From: a virus
Direction: 5' to 3' (one strand)
IMG/VR virus record: IMGVR_UViG_3300033141_001099
Length of the DNA stretch: 33,693 nucleotides
The position numbers and the translations under genes are program-made. Of the stretch, positions 29,405 through 33,693 are shown piece by piece. Within the stretch, counting starts at the first letter, position 1, and every line of letters begins with the position of its first letter. The notes under the pieces are model-generated. The model did not search any database and was not told the DNA's origin. It was given only the letters and a program-made list of their open reading frames with translations.

Positions 29405-30798
29405 TGCCTTTAATGAATCCAGCACTCAGAGACTTTTGGGCAACGAAAAGCAGAAATAAAGTCCTTTATGGTGGTAGGTCCTCTTCAAAGTCACACGATG
29501 CATGTGGTAGGTTAGTCTTCATTACAAATCTATACAAGTTAAAAATCCTTTGTGTTAGACAATTCCAAAACAAGATCAGCGACAGTGTTTATACTTTAAT
29601 TAAAGATAAAATAGAAGCATTTGGAGTATCTGACAACTTCAACATTATAAACAACTCTATCAAAAATACAGTCACTTCAAGCGAATATCTTTTCTATGGG
29701 ATCAACAGAAACATTGATGAAATAAAATCAACAGAAAATGTAGATATTTTATACATAGAAGAAGCTCACAACCTAACCAAAGAGCAATGGGAGATACTGG
29801 AACCAACGATAAGAAAAGAGGGAAGTGAAGTTTGGATAATATTTAATCCAAGACTTATCACTGATTATGTTTACGAAAGATTTATTATAAACACCCCACC
29901 AAATACAATCATTAGGCATATAAATTACAATGAGAATCAATTTTTATCTAAAACAATGCGAGATATTATAGAACACGCAAAAAAAGAAGATGAAGAAGAG
30001 TATAGACATATTTACTTAGGAGAGCCAAAGCTTGATGATAACGAATCTATCATTAAAAGAGCTTGGGTAATGGCAGCAATTGACGCTCATAAAAAATTAA
30101 ACATTGAGCCAAAGGGTGTCAAGGTTATAGGATTTGATGTTGCAGATGATGGCGGAGATAGCAACTCAACTGTATCAAGATACGGATTGCTCACAACAGA
30201 GATAACAGAGTGGAGAGCAAAAGAGCATGAGCTTAACAAATCAGCAATCAGAGTGTTTAACCAGGCTAAAGCAATAAACGCTGAAATAATATATGATTCA
30301 ATCGGTGTTGGTGCTGGGGTAGGAAGTAAGGTCAAAGAACTCAACGATAATGGAATAGATAATATAAAGTTTCATAAATTTAACGCAGCGGATGGTGTGA
30401 GGTTTCCAGAGAAGTTTTATATGCCTAAGATTAAAAACAAAGACTTCTTCGCAAACTTAAAAGCCCAATCGTGGTGGACTATAGCTGATAGACTAAAAGC
30501 CACTTATAATGCAATTGAGAATAATGAACCGTTTGACGAAGATCAAATAATAGCAATAGATAGCAATGTAGATAATTTAGAGAAACTAATAACCGAACTA
30601 TCAATCCCTAGAAAAGATTATGATAACAATGGACGTGTAAAAGTTGAGAGTAAAAAAGATTTGAAGAAGCGTGGTATTTCTTCGCCAAACATAGCGGATG
30701 CTTTTATTATGTCATATGCTGATGTAAGAAGACACAAACGAAAAGAAATAGTAGTAGAACACGCAGGAAGTATACCAATGCCAAGTTTTGGGAGATGA
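29404..30798 (+). CDS. terL: Terminase large subunit (PBSX/Terminase_3-type).
   Basis: 464 aa. Walker-A-like YGGRSSSKSHD, then ILYIEEAH (Walker B) and a C-terminal nuclease-like region with GFDVADDGGDSN. Confidence 0.85.
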   Translation: MPLMNPALRDFWATKSRNKVLYGGRSSSKSHDACGRLVFITNLYKLKILCVRQFQNKISDSVYTLIKDKIEAFGVSDNFNIINNSIKNTVTSSEYLFYGINRNIDEIKSTENVDILYIEEAHNLTKEQWEILEPTIRKEGSEVWIIFNPRLITDYVYERFIINTPPNTIIRHINYNENQFLSKTMRDIIEHAKKEDEEEYRHIYLGEPKLDDNESIIKRAWVMAAIDAHKKLNIEPKGVKVIGFDVADDGGDSNSTVSRYGLLTTEITEWRAKEHELNKSAIRVFNQAKAINAEIIYDSIGVGAGVGSKVKELNDNGIDNIKFHKFNAADGVRFPEKFYMPKIKNKDFFANLKAQSWWTIADRLKATYNAIENNEPFDEDQIIAIDSNVDNLEKLITELSIPRKDYDNNGRVKVESKKDLKKRGISSPNIADAFIMSYADVRRHKRKEIVVEHAGSIPMPSFGR

Positions 30799-30819
30799 TT
30801 GTTAATCTTTGAATGATTA

Positions 30820-30828
30820 TGGTATAAT
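30820..30828 (+). promoter_or_regulatory. Extended -10 promoter TGgTATAAT upstream of the portal gene.
   Basis: See 6822-6830: the two share a 21-nt block, TTATGGTATAATnGTGAAAA. Confidence 0.5.
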
Positions 30829-30855
30829 AGTGAAAAATGTCCAAAGGCTTTAAAG

Positions 30856-32907
30856 ATGGCTCAAAAGAAAGATAAAGATTTAGAGGCAGTTCACGAGACA
30901 GCAATACAACGAATGAACAAAGTTCAATCTAATTCTTATGACGAGAGAAAACAATCTTTAGAGGACAGACGATTCGCTTCAATAGCCGGCGCACAATGGG
31001 AAGATGAACTAGGACAATTCTTCGAGAATAAGCCTAAACTAGAAATCAATAAAATCGCAATGCCTCTCCTTAAACTTAAAGCAGAATACAGAAAAAACAG
31101 ATTAACAGTTGACTTTGTTTCAAAAGATGGTTCAGACAGTGACGAACTCGCTGATATATTTGACGGGCTTTACAGAGCAGACGAACAAAACAGTGTGGCT
31201 CAAGAAGCTTATGATAACTCTTTCACTGAAGCAAGTGCCGGTGGTTTTGGTTCTTGGAGACTTAGAAACGATTATGAAGATGAATACGATGAAGAGAATG
31301 AATATCAACGCATCTTTATAGAACCAATAGTTGATGCAGATACTAGTGTTTACTGGGACCCTAATTCAATAAGATATGACAAGAGTGATGCTAATTGGTG
31401 TTTTGTACTACACGCAATTACTCCAGAGACATTCAAAGAAAGATATGGTGAAGAAGAATCTCCTACAAGTGTTGATAAAAACGTAGAGACTAATCAATTT
31501 GATTGGAACACAGACGATAAAATATATATCGCTGAGTATTATGTAAAAGAAATCAAAGAAGAAACTTTCGTATATTACAAACCTCTTGTTGGCGAAGAGT
31601 TAGAAAGATTTGAAAAAGAAGATTTAGAAGCTGAAGAAATTGCAGAACTAGAAGCAATTGGCTCAACTTTAGTAAAAGAACGAACCATTAAACGTAAAAA
31701 AGTCCATAAGTATATAATGAGTGGCGCTAAAGTCTTAGAAGACAAAGGAATAATCGCAGGTTCAGAAATTCCTATTGTCCCACTTTACTTTGAAAGATGG
31801 TACATTGACAACATAGAACGCTTTAGAGGGCTTGTAAGAACATCAAAAGATATGCAAAGACTTATGAACATACAATTCTCTAAACTTGCAGAGATAGCTT
31901 CACTTTCAGCAGTAGAGAAACCATACTTCTCGCCTGACCAAGTAGCAGGGCATCAAAACGCACACGCTAACGATAATATAAATAATGCACCTTATTTGCT
32001 TCTTAACCCTGTAGAGGACGAAGAGGGACGAATGATCCCAAGCGGACCAATTGGATATACAAAACCCCCAGCAGTTCCACCAGCACTTGCAGTATTAATC
32101 CAAACAGCAGATGTGAGCATCAAAGAGCTTTTAGGTAATCAAAACCAAGGCGAAAAGATAGTCGCTGGAACAAGCGGCAAAATGATGGGAATGGTGCAAG
32201 ACCAATTAGAGTTAACCACTTATATGATTATGTCTAATATGGAAAAGTCAATGAAAAGATGTGGTGAGATTTGGGCTTCAATGGCTCCAGAAGTTTACTT
32301 TGAAGATGATAGAAAATTAAAAACTATCGGAAAACAAGGTGAAATTAGCACCGTAACACTTGGCGAACTAAACGTAACTGATAACGGAGAGATTGTTTCT
32401 AAAGACTTAAGTGACGGGAAATTTGATGTAGTTGCAGAAAGTGGACCGGCATCAAGCACTAAGAAACGTTCATTAATAGAATCACTTACAGAGGTTATGA
32501 GAGTTACAACAGACCAAGATCTACAATCTCTTTACTCAACAGTAATTGCAATGAATATAGAGGGAGAGGGAATTGGATTCGTTAAAGATTATGCTCGTAA
32601 ACTTCTAGTTAAAAGAGGTGTTGTAGAGCCAACAGCAGAAGAAGCAGATGAAATGCAGAAGGCAGCGGAAAGTGCAGAACCTACAGCGGAAGAGAAATAT
32701 CTTGAGTCTGAGGCTCAAAACTCACTCGCAAAAGCACAGAAAGCTGAAGCGGACACGATTAAATCTTTGGCAAGTGCTGAGAAAACAAACGCTGAAACAG
32801 CACAGATTTATGCAGATATGAATGAACAGGAGCAAGAGTCATTTTTAAAACTCCTTGATAGAATGGGAGTAGACTCAACAGCGGTAACCGCAACCACCGC
32901 GCAATAA
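30856..32907 (+). CDS. Portal protein, P22 gp1-like.
   Basis: 683 aa. AGGFGSWRLRNDYEDE, IAEYYVKEIKEETFVYY and IKRKKVHKYIMSGAKVLEDKGIIAGSEIPIVPLY parallel recalled P22 gp1 ([66 protein letters not shown]). Confidence 0.9.
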   Translation: MAQKKDKDLEAVHETAIQRMNKVQSNSYDERKQSLEDRRFASIAGAQWEDELGQFFENKPKLEINKIAMPLLKLKAEYRKNRLTVDFVSKDGSDSDELADIFDGLYRADEQNSVAQEAYDNSFTEASAGGFGSWRLRNDYEDEYDEENEYQRIFIEPIVDADTSVYWDPNSIRYDKSDANWCFVLHAITPETFKERYGEEESPTSVDKNVETNQFDWNTDDKIYIAEYYVKEIKEETFVYYKPLVGEELERFEKEDLEAEEIAELEAIGSTLVKERTIKRKKVHKYIMSGAKVLEDKGIIAGSEIPIVPLYFERWYIDNIERFRGLVRTSKDMQRLMNIQFSKLAEIASLSAVEKPYFSPDQVAGHQNAHANDNINNAPYLLLNPVEDEEGRMIPSGPIGYTKPPAVPPALAVLIQTADVSIKELLGNQNQGEKIVAGTSGKMMGMVQDQLELTTYMIMSNMEKSMKRCGEIWASMAPEVYFEDDRKLKTIGKQGEISTVTLGELNVTDNGEIVSKDLSDGKFDVVAESGPASSTKKRSLIESLTEVMRVTTDQDLQSLYSTVIAMNIEGEGIGFVKDYARKLLVKRGVVEPTAEEADEMQKAAESAEPTAEEKYLESEAQNSLAKAQKAEADTIKSLASAEKTNAETAQIYADMNEQEQESFLKLLDRMGVDSTAVTATTAQ

Positions 32908-32932
32908 AGAAACGGGCAATAAAGAAACGGGC
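32903..32932. repeat. Perfect tandem duplication, 2 x 15 bp (AATAAAGAAACGGGC), spanning the portal stop codon.
   Basis: Read directly: unit 1 at 32903-32917, unit 2 at 32918-32932. Confidence 0.9.
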
Positions 32933-32955
32933 GAGTAAATTTTAAGGAAAACTTG

Positions 32956-33693
32956 ATGCAAGAGAATGAAACGGTAGTAGAACCAACAGAGACAAAAGAA
33001 CCTGAAACACCAGAGGTGGAACAACCAGAAGTGAACACAGAGGCAGAGGGAACAGAAACCGAAGCTAATGAAGAAACAACTGAAAGTGAAACTGAAGAAG
33101 ATGAAGAGATATTTGTAACAGTTGGCGATGAGGAAGCACCACCTCAAGAAGAAGAAACAAACGAGGCTCCTGAATGGGTTAAAGACGTTAGAAAGCAAAA
33201 CAGAGAACTACATAAAAAAGTTAAAGAGTTAGAAAGACAGAATGCAGTTGTTGAGGAAACAAAGCCGGCAACACTTTCAAAAAGACCAGTTCTTGAAGAT
33301 TTTGATTATGTAGAAGAAGATTTAAATGTCGCACTTGATAAGTGGTATGATGAAAAAGCAGAAGTAGACAAACAACAAAATGTTCTTAAAGAAGAAGAAC
33401 AAAAACAAGCAGATGCCTGGAAAAAAACATATGATGATTATAGTGAAGCTGTAAAGAACACTAAGATTAGAAACTATGCCCAAGCAGAAGATGTTGTTAA
33501 AGATACTTTATCTGTTGAACAACAAGCCATTATATTAAAGGGTGCAAAAAAGAACTCAGTTTTACTTGTCGCTGCCATTGGTAGCAATCCAGAAAGAGCG
33601 AAAGAACTTGCAGCAATCACTGATCCAATAGATTTTGCTTTTGCAGTTGCAGAAATGGGAACTAAATTGAAAACACATAAAAAGAAAGCTCCA
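32956..33693 (+). CDS. Scaffolding-like protein, N-terminal part. The ORF runs off the window end and continues at 113-253, for about 292 aa in total.
   Basis: SD AAGGA 7 nt upstream. It has a very acidic E/T-rich N-terminus, is open to the last base, and is in frame through the overlap. Not in the track because there is no stop within the window. Confidence 0.7.
   Translation, partial: MQENETVVEPTETKEPETPEVEQPEVNTEAEGTETEANEETTESETEEDEEIFVTVGDEEAPPQEEETNEAPEWVKDVRKQNRELHKKVKELERQNAVVEETKPATLSKRPVLEDFDYVEEDLNVALDKWYDEKAEVDKQQNVLKEEEQKQADAWKKTYDDYSEAVKNTKIRNYAQAEDVVKDTLSVEQQAIILKGAKKNSVLLVAAIGSNPERAKELAAITDPIDFAFAVAEMGTKLKTHKKKAP
33582..33693. repeat. Right copy of the 112-bp terminal direct repeat.
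   Basis: Identical to 1-112 by direct comparison. Confidence 0.95.

Noticed and set aside
28873-30344. ORFs 28873..29070 (+), 29113..29310 (-) and 30087..30344 (-).
   Set aside because: They are alternative-frame or antisense ORFs within the terminase small and large subunit genes.
30707-33198. ORFs 30707..30904 (-), 31109..31321 (+), 32808..33038 (-) and 32875..33198 (-).
   Set aside because: They are antisense to, or out of frame within, the TerL end, the portal gene and the scaffolding-like gene. The scaffold ORF itself is missing from the track only because it has no stop inside the window.

Overview
This window is one complete genome, about 33.58 kb, of an AT-rich tailed phage closed on itself. 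Bases 1-112 are identical to 33582-33693, and the duplicated segment sits inside a single ORF: the scaffolding-like gene starts at 32956, runs off the window end, and continues at 113-253.

The + strand (26496 through the wrap point to 14516) carries:
- a homing-endonuclease-like gene, YopX, and a cluster of micro-genes;
- TerS, TerL, a P22-type portal, scaffold and P22-type coat;
- an extra T/A/G-rich structural protein;
- gp4-like and gp10-like head-completion proteins, plus a protein in the needle position;
- a GNAT protein in the P22 gene-14 position and three ejection-protein-like genes in gp7/gp20/gp16 order;
- a tail fibre and a compact lysis cassette (DUF1353, a 46-aa TM peptide, a 104-aa M15-type peptidase).

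The - strand (26370 down to 14506) is an early region. It opens with a ribbon-helix-helix regulator that the ORF track missed. It then carries Erf, a Gp157-like protein, DUF1367, a secreted basic protein, a Q/N-rich protein, a coupled ParB-like + PAPS-reductase-like pair, an HTH protein, RusA, an HNH/DUF968-like nuclease, a GIY-YIG protein and several unknowns.

I found no integrase, CI-type repressor, tRNA, rRNA, CRISPR array or DNA methyltransferase.

Family calls come from motifs I recognise by eye and from synteny with P22. No search was run, so they need HMM or structure confirmation.

The most interesting items are:
- the IbrB/IbrA-type ParB + PP-loop pair with an unassigned fused domain, a candidate DNA-modification or anti-restriction module;
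- the promoter-proximal terminator and alternative helix in front of that pair;
- two structured non-coding regions (22316-22428 and 17791-17950);
- the RHH regulator with a phased-repeat operator region;
- a set of tightly coupled polybasic micro-ORFs.
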